A stretch of DNA of 64,000 nucleotides from an uncultured Chloroflexia bacterium (GCA_963789905.1 CAWBMK010000007.1:189955-253954), one strand, 5' to 3'. Counted from the first letter of the stretch, positions 25,532 through 35,824 are shown. The notes: generated by a model not told the origin, from the letters alone. Numbers and translations are program-made.

Positions 25532-27232
25532 ATGGCGCTGATCCGCGTTGCGATCGCAGCGGTCGTGGGCCTGCTCACCGCCCTCGGGATCCGCAAGCTG
25601 ATGCGCCCTGGGCGTACGCCGATGCTCGAGATCGAGCCGGATTCCGCGGCCGTACCGGGCTCGAACATGCCGGCACCGGAACCCGCAGTCGAACCCGAGC
25701 CGGCGCCCGAGCCAGCCGCCGAGCCAGCCGCCGAACCCAAGGCCGGGGCGGAGCCGGCAAGGCCGAAGGGACGCCGCCGCAAAGAGCGCCGGCTCGATGG
25801 CGTCAACGACATCCGTCAGTTCTTCCGGACGACGGACAAGCCGGTCTACTTCGTCTCGGCGACCGCCTTCAACCTGCTGGGCATCGACCGCTGGATGCCG
25901 ACCTTCCGCTACATCAACTACTACGACAGCTTCGACGGGCAGCATCCCGCCGTCGTCGTCCCGCGCGAGAGGAGCCCGCGCGCGTTCGAGTCGATCGAGG
26001 AGATCTGCAACTACCTCCTCGCCCACAAGGAGACGCATGATCTCGTGGGCGATCGGGGAGGCCTTGCGACCTTCCTCATGTTCGACGAGGAGACCGAGGT
26101 GCTGGCCAGGGAGGCCGGGCTCGAGGTCGCTTTCCCATCGGCCGCCCTGCGCCATCGGCTCGATTCGAAGATCGAAACGACGAGGCTCGGCAATGACGCC
26201 GGCGTCCCATCGGTCCCCAACGTCCTCGGTCGGGCGGACAGCTACGTCGACCTCGAACGACTTGCCGAGCGCGGCGGACTGGGCACCGACCTCGTCGTCC
26301 AGACCCCCTATGGCGACTCAGGCAAGACGACGTTCTTCATCGACCGGGTAGAGGGCTGGCAGGAGCACGCCGCCGAGATCGTCGGCCAGGACATCAAAGT
26401 CATGAGGCGGATCGTGCCTCGCGAGACGGCCATCGAGGCGGTCGTCACCCGCCACGGCACGCTCGTGGGGCCGCTCATGACCGAGTTGACGGGTTTCCCC
26501 GAGCTGACGCCCTACGGCGGTGGGTGGTGCGGCGACGAAGTCTTCGGTCAGCCGCTCCCGGCCGACATGCGCGCGCTGGCCCGCGAGCGGACCCGGTCGA
26601 TGGGCGAGCGCCTTCGCACAGAGGGCTACCGCGGCTACTTCGAGCTCGACTTCCTGGCCGATACCGCCTCGGGAGAGCTCTACCTCGGCGAGCTGAACCC
26701 TCGGGTGACTGGTGCCTCGCCGATGACCAACGTCTCGTCCCTCGCCTACGGCGACATGCCGCTCTTCCTGTTCCACCTCCTCGAATGGATGGGCGTCGAC
26801 TACGAGCTCGACGTCGACGAGCTCAACGCCCGCTGGGCGGAGCCGGAGAATGTCGATGCCTGGGCACAGTTCATCCTCAAGGACACCGACGACGAAGTCG
26901 AGCTCATCACGTCAGCCCCACGATCGGGCGTCTGGCGGATGGGCGACGATGGCCTCCTGACGTTCGCCCGAAGCGCGACCGACTGGCATGGACTGACCGA
27001 CGAATCGGAGGCCTTCTACCTCCGCATCGCCGAGACGGGCGGATATCGCTATCACGGCGCCGACCTCGGCATCCTGGTCACACGCGGACGGCTCATGACC
27101 GACGACCACGAGCTGACCGATCGAGCACGAGCCTGGATCGACGGCGTCAAGGCCCAGTTCGAGTCAGTTCCGGTCGAGGTCCCGACGTTCGCCATCCCGC
27201 GGCCGGACCCGTTCGGCTTCAAGCTCCTTTAG
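25532..27232 (+). CDS. ATP-grasp (biotin-carboxylase-like) protein with N-terminal membrane anchor and Pro/Glu linker
   Basis: DSKIETTRL, QTPYGDSGKTTF, GYFELDFL, GELNPRVTG; hydrophobic N-terminus then EPAPEPAAEPAAEP. Confidence 0.8.
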   Translation: MALIRVAIAAVVGLLTALGIRKLMRPGRTPMLEIEPDSAAVPGSNMPAPEPAVEPEPAPEPAAEPAAEPKAGAEPARPKGRRRKERRLDGVNDIRQFFRTTDKPVYFVSATAFNLLGIDRWMPTFRYINYYDSFDGQHPAVVVPRERSPRAFESIEEICNYLLAHKETHDLVGDRGGLATFLMFDEETEVLAREAGLEVAFPSAALRHRLDSKIETTRLGNDAGVPSVPNVLGRADSYVDLERLAERGGLGTDLVVQTPYGDSGKTTFFIDRVEGWQEHAAEIVGQDIKVMRRIVPRETAIEAVVTRHGTLVGPLMTELTGFPELTPYGGGWCGDEVFGQPLPADMRALARERTRSMGERLRTEGYRGYFELDFLADTASGELYLGELNPRVTGASPMTNVSSLAYGDMPLFLFHLLEWMGVDYELDVDELNARWAEPENVDAWAQFILKDTDDEVELITSAPRSGVWRMGDDGLLTFARSATDWHGLTDESEAFYLRIAETGGYRYHGADLGILVTRGRLMTDDHELTDRARAWIDGVKAQFESVPVEVPTFAIPRPDPFGFKLL

Positions 27233-27252
27233 CCGCCCGCACGTGTCGACTC

Positions 27253-28249
27253 GTACCGACCACGTTCCGTTTCATCGATGAGCCGCAGCCGGGGCCGAGA
27301 TGGGCGGCGATCTTCGAAGAGCAGTGGCCCGCATACCAGGCTTGGTTCCTGCGCGAGGGCGAGGAGGCGCGAGCTTCGTTCGGGGCGTCGATCGGGATGC
27401 TGCGCGAGCACCTGCCCGAGATCGTCCCGACCTACGAGTGGCTGGTCGAACTCGCTGGCGGCGGCGACCTCGCCGCTCGGATGCTCTCGATGGTCGACCC
27501 GCCCTCGTACCTCGCAGCCTGCTCGCAGGTCGCCTTCACGAAGGGGCGGCCTGCCCTCGTCCGCAACTACGACTACCTGGCCGACCGCTTCGACGGCATC
27601 GTCCTCTCGACCGCCTGGACAGGACGACGGGTCATCGGGACGTCCGACTCGCTGTGGGGCTTGCTCGATGGGGTCAACGATGCCGGGCTCGCTGTGTCGC
27701 TGACGTTCGGGGGTCGACGGCTGCTCGGCCATGGATTTCGGCATCCCGCTGATCGTCCGCTACATCCTCGAGACGTGCGCCACGGTCGCCGATGGTCGGG
27801 CTGTCCTCGAGCGCGTGCCGCTCCACCTCGCCCACAACCTGACCTTGCTCGACGCATCTGGCGCCTTCGTCACGGCATATCTCGCGCCGGAACGACCGCC
27901 CGTCTTCGCCGACGTGCCCTGGGCGACGAACCACCAGGAGGTCCTCGACTGGCCCGAGTACACGACCGCGACCCGCTCCCACGAGCGCGAGGCACTCATC
28001 CGAGCCGCTCTCGACGGTCCCGCGACGACCGACGAGCACCTGATTGCCGCTTTCCTCGAGCCGCCGCTCCGCGACTCGGCCGGCGCCGACCACTTCGGCA
28101 CGCTCTACACGGCCGTCTTCCGCCCCGCCGACGGGATCGCCGAGTACCGCTGGCCCGATGCCACGATCGTCCAGTCCTTCGCCGCCTTCACCGAGCTCAC
28201 CCACACAGCCATGACCCTGGGGGACCGCCGCCACGTTACGCGCCCCTGA
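27253..28249 (+). CDS. C45-family (Ntn-hydrolase) peptidase/acyltransferase; frameshift at about 27737, start unresolved
   Basis: AC/SQ nucleophile site, RNYDY, LDGVNDAGL, then GFGIPLIVRYILETC, TNHQ and FGTLYTA in the shifted frame. Confidence 0.8.
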
Positions 28250-28292
28250 TCGGGGCGCAGACCCTGCTCGGGCGGTAGGATGCTGAGTCCCG

Positions 28293-29249
28293 ATGTCGAG
28301 CCAGCCTGAGACCGCGCCGCTCGTTTCCGCCCGGGCGCTGACGAAGCGGTTCGGGGCCTTCACGGCCGTCGACGCCATCGACTTCGACGTCGCGCGCGGC
28401 GAGGCTTTCGGCTTCCTCGGACCGAACGGGGCCGGCAAGACCTCGACGATGCGGATGATCGGCTGCGTCAGCCCGGTGACCGACGGCACGCTCAGCGTGC
28501 TGGGCCTGGACCCAGCGAGGGACGGGCCGCGGATCCGAGCCCGGATCGGGGTCGTGCCGCAGACCGACATCCTCGACGACGAGCTCTCGACCCTCGAGAA
28601 CCTCATCGTCTACGGCCGCTACTTCGACATCCCGCGGGCCGAGTCACGGCGGCGGGCCGTGGATCTTCTCGAATTCGCCCAGCTCAGCGACCGCGCCGAG
28701 ACCCGCGTCCAGACCCTGTCTGGGGGGATGAAGCGCCGCCTGACGATCGCCCGGTCGCTCATCAACCAGCCCGAGCTCCTGCTCCTCGACGAGCCGACGA
28801 CTGGGCTCGACCCGCAGGCCCGTCACCTGCTCTGGGATCGCCTCTACACACTCAAGCGGCGCGGCGCGACGCTCGTTCTCACGACGCACTACATGGATGA
28901 GGCCGAGCAGCTCTGCGACCGCCTCGTCATCATGGACGGCGGCCGGATCGCCGCCGAGGGATCGCCCCGCGAGCTCATCGAGCGCCACTCGACGCGCGAA
29001 GTCCTGGAGCTGCGCTTCCCGGAGATGGCCGGCGAAGAGCAACGGGACGGGCACATCGACGCCGTGCTCGCGGGCCTCGGTGACCGCATCGAGCACCTCG
29101 CCGAGCGGGTAATCCTCTACACGAACGACGGCGAGGCCGCATCCGTCGCCGTCCACGACCGCGGCCTCCGGCCGGAGAGCGTCCTCGTTCGCCGCTCGAC
29201 CCTCGAGGACGTCTTCCTCCGCCTGACCGGCCGGACGCTCGTCGATTGA
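28293..29249 (+). CDS. ABC-2 exporter ATPase (NodI/DrrA-like)
   Basis: GPNGAGKT, LSGGMKRR, LDEPTTGLDPQAR, TTHYMDEAE. Confidence 0.92.
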   Translation: MSSQPETAPLVSARALTKRFGAFTAVDAIDFDVARGEAFGFLGPNGAGKTSTMRMIGCVSPVTDGTLSVLGLDPARDGPRIRARIGVVPQTDILDDELSTLENLIVYGRYFDIPRAESRRRAVDLLEFAQLSDRAETRVQTLSGGMKRRLTIARSLINQPELLLLDEPTTGLDPQARHLLWDRLYTLKRRGATLVLTTHYMDEAEQLCDRLVIMDGGRIAAEGSPRELIERHSTREVLELRFPEMAGEEQRDGHIDAVLAGLGDRIEHLAERVILYTNDGEAASVAVHDRGLRPESVLVRRSTLEDVFLRLTGRTLVD

Positions 29250-29262
29250 TGGGCGGGCGGCG

Positions 29263-30039
29263 ATGACGGCCATGACCGGCGCCCTGCGGGTTCTCGAGCA
29301 CGACCTTCGCTTCTACCGCCAGACGTGGCGCGGGACTCTCACGTCGACCTTCGTGTCGCCCGTTCTCTTCCTGGCGGCCCTCGGCGTCGGCCTCGGCTCG
29401 TTCGTCGACCAGAGCGGCAACGAGGTCATCCCGGGCGTGTCGTACGCGGCCTTCGTCGCCCCGGCCCTTCTGATGACTCAGGCGATGCAAGCGGCCATCT
29501 TCGAGTGCTCGTACCCCCTCATGGGGAAGTTCGAGTGGCGCAAGACGTTCTTCGGCATCCTCGCCACGCCCGTGTCGGTCGGCAGCCTGTTCGCCGGCGA
29601 GGTCATGTGGCTCTCGTTCCGCCTCAGCGTCGGGGCGATCGGCTTCTTTGTCGCCCTCCTCCTGTTCGGTCTCGTCTACTCGCCGACCGGCATCGTGGCC
29701 ATCCCGGTCGCGATCCTGACCGGCCTCGGCTTCGCCCTGCCGATGTTCGCGTTCACCGCGACGATCACCAAAGACGAGTCGTTCGCCCTCATCTTCCGGT
29801 TCATCCAGATTCCCCTCTTCCTGTTCTCCGGCGCATTCTTCCCGATCGATCAACTGCCGCCGATCTTTGCCGCGATCGCCTGGTCGACGCCGATCGCCAA
29901 CGGCATCTACATCGCCCGAGCGGCGACCCTCGGGATGCTCGATGCGTCGGCTCTGCCGCACCTGGCGGTCATCCTCGTCTGGGTCGGCCTTGGCGGCTGG
30001 CTGGCCCTTCGTCAGTCGCGCAAGCGGCTCGTGGTCTAG
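29263..30039 (+). CDS. ABC-2 exporter permease
   Basis: About 6 TM, YAAFVAPAL, LFSGAFFP. Confidence 0.9.
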   Translation: MTAMTGALRVLEHDLRFYRQTWRGTLTSTFVSPVLFLAALGVGLGSFVDQSGNEVIPGVSYAAFVAPALLMTQAMQAAIFECSYPLMGKFEWRKTFFGILATPVSVGSLFAGEVMWLSFRLSVGAIGFFVALLLFGLVYSPTGIVAIPVAILTGLGFALPMFAFTATITKDESFALIFRFIQIPLFLFSGAFFPIDQLPPIFAAIAWSTPIANGIYIARAATLGMLDASALPHLAVILVWVGLGGWLALRQSRKRLVV

Positions 30040-30042
30040 GCG

Positions 30043-30849
30043 ATGACGACGTTCGTCCGCTCGCTACCGCGCCCCGCGTTCTTCGGCGGTCGGCGGGCTG
30101 GTCGTCTGGTGGAGCGGAACTTGTTCGTCTACCGCCAGACATGGACGATCATCGTGTCCGGCTTCTTCGAGCCGATCTTCTACTTGTTCGGGCTGGGGTT
30201 CGGGGTCGGGGCGCTCGTCGGAGACGTGCCAGGGCCCGATGGCCAGCCGATCTCGTACGCGGTGTACGTGGCCCCCGCGCTGCTTGCCGTGTCGGCGTTC
30301 AACGGCGCGGTGGCCGAGGCGACCTACAACTTCTTCTTCAAGCTGCGCTGGCAGAAGACGTACGATTCGATCCTGGCGACCCCCCTGTCGCTCCACGACA
30401 TCGCCCTGGGCGAGCTCATCTGGTCGGCCTCGCGTGCGGCAATCTATGGCGTCGGATTCCTCATCGTGGCGGCGATCCTCGGATTGATCGAGTCGCCCCT
30501 CGCGATCCTGGCCCTGCCGGCCGCCCTTCTCCTGGCCTTCGCCGTCGGCGCGATCGCCATGGCCGGCTCGACGTGGCTGCGCTATTGGACCGACCTCGAT
30601 CTCATCTCGATCATCATCCTGCCGGTCTTCCTCTTCTCGGGCACGTTCTACCCGATCAGCGTCTACCCGCCGCTCCTGCAGGCCGTCGTATGGCTGTCGC
30701 CGCTGTACCACGGGACCGAGATCATCCGGGCGCTCATGCTCGGCGCCGTCGGGCCGATCATCGTCGTCCATATCGCGATCCTCGTGGCCTACGCGCTCGT
30801 CGGGTTCACCATCTGTGCCCGGCGCCTCAACGTCCTGCTCCTGAAGTGA
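30043..30849 (+). CDS. ABC-2 exporter permease
   Basis: FFEPIFY, YVAPAL, LFSGTFYP. Confidence 0.9.
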   Translation: MTTFVRSLPRPAFFGGRRAGRLVERNLFVYRQTWTIIVSGFFEPIFYLFGLGFGVGALVGDVPGPDGQPISYAVYVAPALLAVSAFNGAVAEATYNFFFKLRWQKTYDSILATPLSLHDIALGELIWSASRAAIYGVGFLIVAAILGLIESPLAILALPAALLLAFAVGAIAMAGSTWLRYWTDLDLISIIILPVFLFSGTFYPISVYPPLLQAVVWLSPLYHGTEIIRALMLGAVGPIIVVHIAILVAYALVGFTICARRLNVLLLK

Positions 30850-30871
30850 CCTGTCGGTCGTCGATGCGCTC

Positions 30872-31600
30872 GTGAGCGAGCCGACCGCGCCCGACACCCT
30901 GGCCGGGCTGGCCGCTCTGACCGCGGAGATCGTCGACTGCCGGCGATGCCCGCGCCTGGTCTCATGGCGCGAGCAGGTGGCTCGGGACAAGGTCGCCCGC
31001 TTCGCCGCGGAACCGTACTGGGGCCGGCCCGTCCCGGGCTTCGGCGACCCCGCCGCACGGATCCTCCTGATCGGCCTTGCGCCCGCCGCGCACGGCGGCA
31101 ACCGCACCGGCCGCGTGTTCACCGGCGATCGGTCGGGCGATTTCCTGTGGGCGGCGCTCCATGCGACGGGCTTCGCGAACATGGCGTCGGCTCGTCGGCG
31201 CGACGACGGTCTGGCGCTCTCCGGCGCCTACGTTGCTGCGGCCGTCAGGTGCGCACCGCCTGCCAACAAGCCGACACCAGACGAGCGCGATGCCTGCCGC
31301 CCGTTCCTCGTCCGCGAGATCGCCTTGCTGCGAGAGCTGCGGGTCATCGTGCCGCTCGGAGCCTTCGGCTGGGACGCAGCCTTCCGCACGCTCGATGCCC
31401 TTGGCCTCGACACGCCGCGGCCACGCCCGCGCTTCGGCCACGGTGTGGAGACCAAGGTTGGGCCGTACAGCCTCGTGGCTTCATTCCACCCATCGCAACA
31501 GAACACGTTCACCGGTCGACTGACGGCAGCGATGCTCGAGGCGGTCCTCCGACGCGCCCAGGAGCTGGCGGCAGTCGTGGCCGTCGGGGTTCTCAGATAG
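30872..31600 (+). CDS. uracil-DNA glycosylase family 5 (UdgB)
   Basis: CRRCPRL, GLAPAAHGGNRTGRVFTGD, RCAPPANKP, HPSQQN. Confidence 0.92.
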   Translation: MSEPTAPDTLAGLAALTAEIVDCRRCPRLVSWREQVARDKVARFAAEPYWGRPVPGFGDPAARILLIGLAPAAHGGNRTGRVFTGDRSGDFLWAALHATGFANMASARRRDDGLALSGAYVAAAVRCAPPANKPTPDERDACRPFLVREIALLRELRVIVPLGAFGWDAAFRTLDALGLDTPRPRPRFGHGVETKVGPYSLVASFHPSQQNTFTGRLTAAMLEAVLRRAQELAAVVAVGVLR

Positions 31601-31677
31601 GCAACCTGCTGCCGACGGCTAAGCCGATGCCCAGTTCAGGTCGTTGTCCGCCGTAGGCGGAGAAGGGAGCGCGCCAG

Positions 31678-32055
31678 ATGAGTCAGCGTACGAACGAGGC
31701 GGACATCGCGGCAGTGACCGAGACAGTTCGCGCCTACTACGACGGGATGACGGCGGGTGATGAGGCCAGGCTCGGCCGCGCGTTCCATCCCCGAGCCTGC
31801 ATCGTCGGCAACGAGGGTGGCGGGTTGTCCTGGTCGACCCTCGACGAATTCGTCGCGGAGTGCAAGGAGGCGGCCAGGCAGGCGGGACCCTACGAGTGGC
31901 GCATCGAGGGCCTCTCGTTCGAAGGTGATACCGCCCTGGTCAGGCTCGGGGGCCAGTTCGCCGGCGTGTGGTACAGCGACGACCTGTCCCTGGTCCGGAT
32001 CGACGACACTTGGCGCATCGTCCACAAGACGTTCTACCCGCATCCCGGAACCTGA
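31678..32055 (+). CDS. NTF2-like (lumazine-binding-2 type) protein
   Basis: YYDG, AFHP, DDLSLV, WRIVHKTF; RBS upstream. Confidence 0.75.
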   Translation: MSQRTNEADIAAVTETVRAYYDGMTAGDEARLGRAFHPRACIVGNEGGGLSWSTLDEFVAECKEAARQAGPYEWRIEGLSFEGDTALVRLGGQFAGVWYSDDLSLVRIDDTWRIVHKTFYPHPGT

Positions 32056-32204
32056 TGTCCGACGTGGTTCCAGGGCCTAGGACCCGTCGCAGCAGAGCAC
32101 GTTTACGGGACGACTCACCGCTTCCATGCTTCTAGACGTCATCGGGCGGCCCGCGAACTGGTCGGCGGTGCGGAACGATGGCGCCCACGTCGTCTGAAGA
32201 CTGT

Positions 32205-32702
32205 TCAGCCGATCCACTGCTGCCATTGTGGTGGCAGGGGCCTGTCGATCGCTCGCATGTAGATGCTGACCTTGCCGTAGAAGATCAGCAGGGCCTCGCG
32301 ATAGACGTCCAGCTGTTGGGCCACCGTCGGCTCGAAGTAGTCGGCCTCGAAATCGGCGCGGAGGATCCTCCGGCCGGCGATGTCCTCCTCGGTCAGGCCC
32401 TCGAGCGCGGCCATCAGGTCGGCATCGAGCTTGGCGTACCAGGCCGCCAGCGCGGCCACGCTTATCTCCACCTGCGGATCACGATTCCGGTAGCCGAAGT
32501 CCTGCCGGAAGGTTCTGAACGACTCGACGTAGGAATGCTCGATCTCGCCGATCTCACGACACAGCGCGCCGAGGCTAACGGTCGACCCACCCAGTCGGAA
32601 GGCCAGGTCGCCGTCGGTCAGCAGTGCCATGAGCTGGTCGCGCAACGCCTGGTACTCCGGGAAATACGAGGCGGCAAGGTACTCGCCGACGATCGAATTC
32701 AC
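32205..32702 (-). CDS. hypothetical protein (DinB-like helical fold suspected)
   Basis: Coding-like composition, GAAGGGA RBS, SLGALCREIGEIE...Y motif. Confidence 0.65.
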   Translation of the reverse strand: MNSIVGEYLAASYFPEYQALRDQLMALLTDGDLAFRLGGSTVSLGALCREIGEIEHSYVESFRTFRQDFGYRNRDPQVEISVAALAAWYAKLDADLMAALEGLTEEDIAGRRILRADFEADYFEPTVAQQLDVYREALLIFYGKVSIYMRAIDRPLPPQWQQWIG

Positions 32703-32816
32703 GTCATCCCTTCAGGCTGGCCGGTTCAGGATCAGCTTGATGGACACTCGGGTAAGTAGCCTTGTCCACAGCACAGCGCCAGGACTCGCCAGCCGAGTTG
32801 GGCCCGGAACGAGCGA

Positions 32817-33653
32817 TCAGGAGCGTGGCGGGTTGGTGGCCGTCCATCGATCGACCACGTCGACGAGCCTCTCGAACGCGACGCCTTCCAGGGACGCGGC
32901 CGCGTCGATGAACCGCTCCAGCATGGCCATCCGGTGGCCGCGCCCGATGCACTCGGGGTGGACGGTGACCATCACCAGGCCACCGGGCGCGTGCTCGTGG
33001 GCGTAGCGCAGCTCCTCGGTCCAGATCTCCAGGACGCTCGACGGCGCAGCGAGACCCGATCGCCCGGGCCCGGGCTCGAAGTGAGGCCAGTCGTCCATCG
33101 CCCAGTACACCGGGACCTCCACCAGGCTGCTCTCGCGTCCCCAGGTCGTGCCTTCGGCCGTCGAATGGCGGTCCCCGTGCCGGATCCGGTACAGGTTGTA
33201 GTCATCGGCCATGAGCGAGCTGTCGTAGCGGAAACCGGCCGCCTCGATGAGCTCGGTCGTTTTCGCACCCAGCGACCAGTACGGCGCCCGGAATCCGGCC
33301 GGCGCCGATCCGGTCACGGCCCGGGCGGCCTCCACCGACCGAGCGAGAACTTCCTGTTGCGACGCGTCGGGGAGTTCGGCGAAGTCCTCGTGGAACCAGC
33401 CATGGCAGGCCAGCTCGTGGCCGCCGGCCACGATCGCCTCCGTATCGTCGGTGAACGTGGTGAGTGAGTGACCGGGCACGAACCACGTGGCCGGAACGCC
33501 GCGTCGCGCGAGAAGGGCCAGGATTCGCTTGGCGCCGACACGCGGGCCGAACTCGGCATGCGACACCTTGACCGGGGGATCCGCGCGCCGGACCGCGTCG
33601 GAGATCGCGTCATGGTCGACGGTGATGGCGACCGTCAGGCGTGGAGGAGGCAT
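32817..33653 (-). CDS. polysaccharide deacetylase (PgdA/PuuE-like CE4)
   Basis: TVDHD, ATWFVPG, HELACHGWFH, GFRAP, YDSS, TVHPECIGR. Confidence 0.88.
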   Translation of the reverse strand: MPPPRLTVAITVDHDAISDAVRRADPPVKVSHAEFGPRVGAKRILALLARRGVPATWFVPGHSLTTFTDDTEAIVAGGHELACHGWFHEDFAELPDASQQEVLARSVEAARAVTGSAPAGFRAPYWSLGAKTTELIEAAGFRYDSSLMADDYNLYRIRHGDRHSTAEGTTWGRESSLVEVPVYWAMDDWPHFEPGPGRSGLAAPSSVLEIWTEELRYAHEHAPGGLVMVTVHPECIGRGHRMAMLERFIDAAASLEGVAFERLVDVVDRWTATNPPRS

Positions 33654-33708
33654 GACGCGATGGTAGCCCTCGGCCCTTGGGGCTGGCTCCCGTAGACTGT
33701 CCGGCGCG

Positions 33709-34818
33709 ATGGCGAGCGAGCGCGACTACTACGAGATCCTCGGGCTGCAGCGGGATGCCCGCGACGCCGATATCAAGAAGGCCTTCCGCAAGCTGGCCCA
33801 GCAGTGGCATCCGGACGTCAGCGAAGAGTCCGACGCCCACGACCGATTCAAGGAGATCAACGAGGCCTACCAGGTCCTGTCCGATCCCCAGCGGCGGCAG
33901 CAGTACGACATGTTCGGGCGGGCCGGCCTCGGCGACGCAGGAGCCGGGTTCGATGGCGGCTTCCCGGGCTTCGCCGACATCTTCGACGCCTTCTTCGGGG
34001 GCGGTACTGGCGCGCGGCGCGGGCGACCTGCCGCCGGGTCGGACCTCCGCTACGACCTTCGCATCTCGTTCGCCGATGCGGTCAACGGGACCGAGAAGGA
34101 GATCGAGTTCCCGGTCCTCGATCGATGCGAGACGTGCGGTGGCTCGGGCGCTGCCGAAGGCGCCGAACCCATTACCTGTTCGAACTGCCAAGGTCGCGGG
34201 GAGCTTCGGACGGTCCGCCAGACGATGCTCGGACAGATGGTCAACATGTCGGCCTGTCCGCGCTGCCGAGGCGAGGGCAAGGTTGTCGAGCAGCGTTGCG
34301 TCGACTGCCAGGGCGAGGGTCGGATCCAACAGCCGCGCACCCTGCGGGTCAAGATCCCAGCCGGCATCGATGAGGGCCACCAGATCAGGTTGTCGGGCCA
34401 GGGCGAGGTTGGGCCGCGCGGCGGACCCGCCGGCAGCCTCTACGTCGCGGTCCACGTCACGCCGCACAAGAGCCTCAAGCGCGAGGGCACCGAGCTCTAC
34501 TACGAGGCCGACGTGCCGATGGTCGGAGCGGCCCTCGGGACGACGATCACGGTCCCGACGGTCGAGGGCGACGAGCAGGTCGAGATCAAGCCGGGCACTC
34601 AGCCCGGGACGGAGATCAAGCTCCGCGGCCGCGGCGTCCCGCACGTCCGTCGGTCATCGGTCCGTGGCGATCTCCACGTGCTCGTCGACGTGACCGTTCC
34701 GACGCGGCTCTCGAAGCGCGAGCGCGAGCTCCTCCTGGAGCTGGCCGAGGAAGGCGGAGAGTTCGTAAAGGGCCACGATCCGGGCCTCATCGGTCGCGTT
34801 CGCGACGCGCTTGGCTGA
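33709..34818 (+). CDS. dnaJ: chaperone DnaJ
   Basis: DYYEILG, HPD, four CxxCxGxG repeats. Confidence 0.97.
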   Translation: MASERDYYEILGLQRDARDADIKKAFRKLAQQWHPDVSEESDAHDRFKEINEAYQVLSDPQRRQQYDMFGRAGLGDAGAGFDGGFPGFADIFDAFFGGGTGARRGRPAAGSDLRYDLRISFADAVNGTEKEIEFPVLDRCETCGGSGAAEGAEPITCSNCQGRGELRTVRQTMLGQMVNMSACPRCRGEGKVVEQRCVDCQGEGRIQQPRTLRVKIPAGIDEGHQIRLSGQGEVGPRGGPAGSLYVAVHVTPHKSLKREGTELYYEADVPMVGAALGTTITVPTVEGDEQVEIKPGTQPGTEIKLRGRGVPHVRRSSVRGDLHVLVDVTVPTRLSKRERELLLELAEEGGEFVKGHDPGLIGRVRDALG

Positions 34819-35824
34819 CGACGGCCCAACTGGCCCGGGGCCCGAGGGTGCGCCTATCGCCGCCAGCACCGACGGCTCCGACGGTACGACCGCGGCCGGT
34901 ACGTGGTACGAGCTTGCGGTCAGCGCCGACCACGAGGCGGTCGAGGTCGTCAGCGAGATCCTGTCGCGACATGCGAGCGGTGGCGTGAGCGTCGAGCCCG
35001 CATTCGTGCCGATCGACGACGGGCTGGGCGCCCGGCTCGATACGACCCGACCAGCGATCGTCCGGGCATACATTCCGGCGATCGATGTCCGAGCCGCACG
35101 CACCGCGATCGACGAGACGCGGACCGCGCTCGACCATCTGGCGGCCTTCGGATTGCGCCCGATCGGCGACCTCGAGGTCAACGTCGTGGCGGAGGAAGAC
35201 TGGGCGGAAGCGTGGAAGAGCCACTTCCCCGTGCTCCGCGTCGGGCGGCGCCTTGTCATCCGCCCGACCTGGCGCCGCCACCGGCGGGCCGCCGACGACA
35301 TCGTCATCGCCCTCGACCCGGGGATGGCCTTCGGCACGGGCCTCCATCCATCGACCCGCCTCTGCCTCGCGGAGCTCGAGGCCCTCGCGGACGACGGCGA
35401 CCTCGGAGCTGGCGATCGCGTCCTCGATGTCGGGTGTGGATCGGGCATCCTCGGCATCGCCGCCGGGCTGCTTGGCGCATCCGAGATCGTCGGGCTCGAT
35501 ATCGATCCCATCGCGATCGAAGCGACCACCGCCAACGCGCGGCGCAATCGGCTCGACCGACGGCTGACCGCCCGCCAGGGCTCGCCGCCATCCGGCGATC
35601 GGCCGTTCGATGTCGTCGTTGCCAACCTCGTCGCAGGCGTCCTCGTCGACCTCGCTGAGCAGCTGCGCGACGAGATGGTTGATGGCGGCGCGCTGATCGC
35701 GTCGGGCATCTTCATCGATCGGGAGGCCGACGTACGCGCGGCCTTTGACTCGATCGGCCTGACGACGATCGGGCGACGAGACGAGGGCGACTGGGTCGCG
35801 CTGAGGGTGACCCGGCACGGCTGA
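34811..35824 (+). CDS. prmA: ribosomal protein L11 methyltransferase
   Basis: EEDWAEAWK, LDPGMAFGTGLHPST, LDVGCGSGIL, VVAN. Confidence 0.93.
   Translation: MADDGPTGPGPEGAPIAASTDGSDGTTAAGTWYELAVSADHEAVEVVSEILSRHASGGVSVEPAFVPIDDGLGARLDTTRPAIVRAYIPAIDVRAARTAIDETRTALDHLAAFGLRPIGDLEVNVVAEEDWAEAWKSHFPVLRVGRRLVIRPTWRRHRRAADDIVIALDPGMAFGTGLHPSTRLCLAELEALADDGDLGAGDRVLDVGCGSGILGIAAGLLGASEIVGLDIDPIAIEATTANARRNRLDRRLTARQGSPPSGDRPFDVVVANLVAGVLVDLAEQLRDEMVDGGALIASGIFIDREADVRAAFDSIGLTTIGRRDEGDWVALRVTRHG

Noticed and set aside
32056-32204. Intergenic DNA with TCTAGAC resembling the sugar-cluster operator
   Set aside because: Single short match between convergent gene ends, not a promoter position
33663-33689. 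Possible CIRCE before dnaJ (GTAGCCCTC-N9-GGCTGGCTC)
   Set aside because: Right half matches poorly, and the left half overlaps the divergent -10 box
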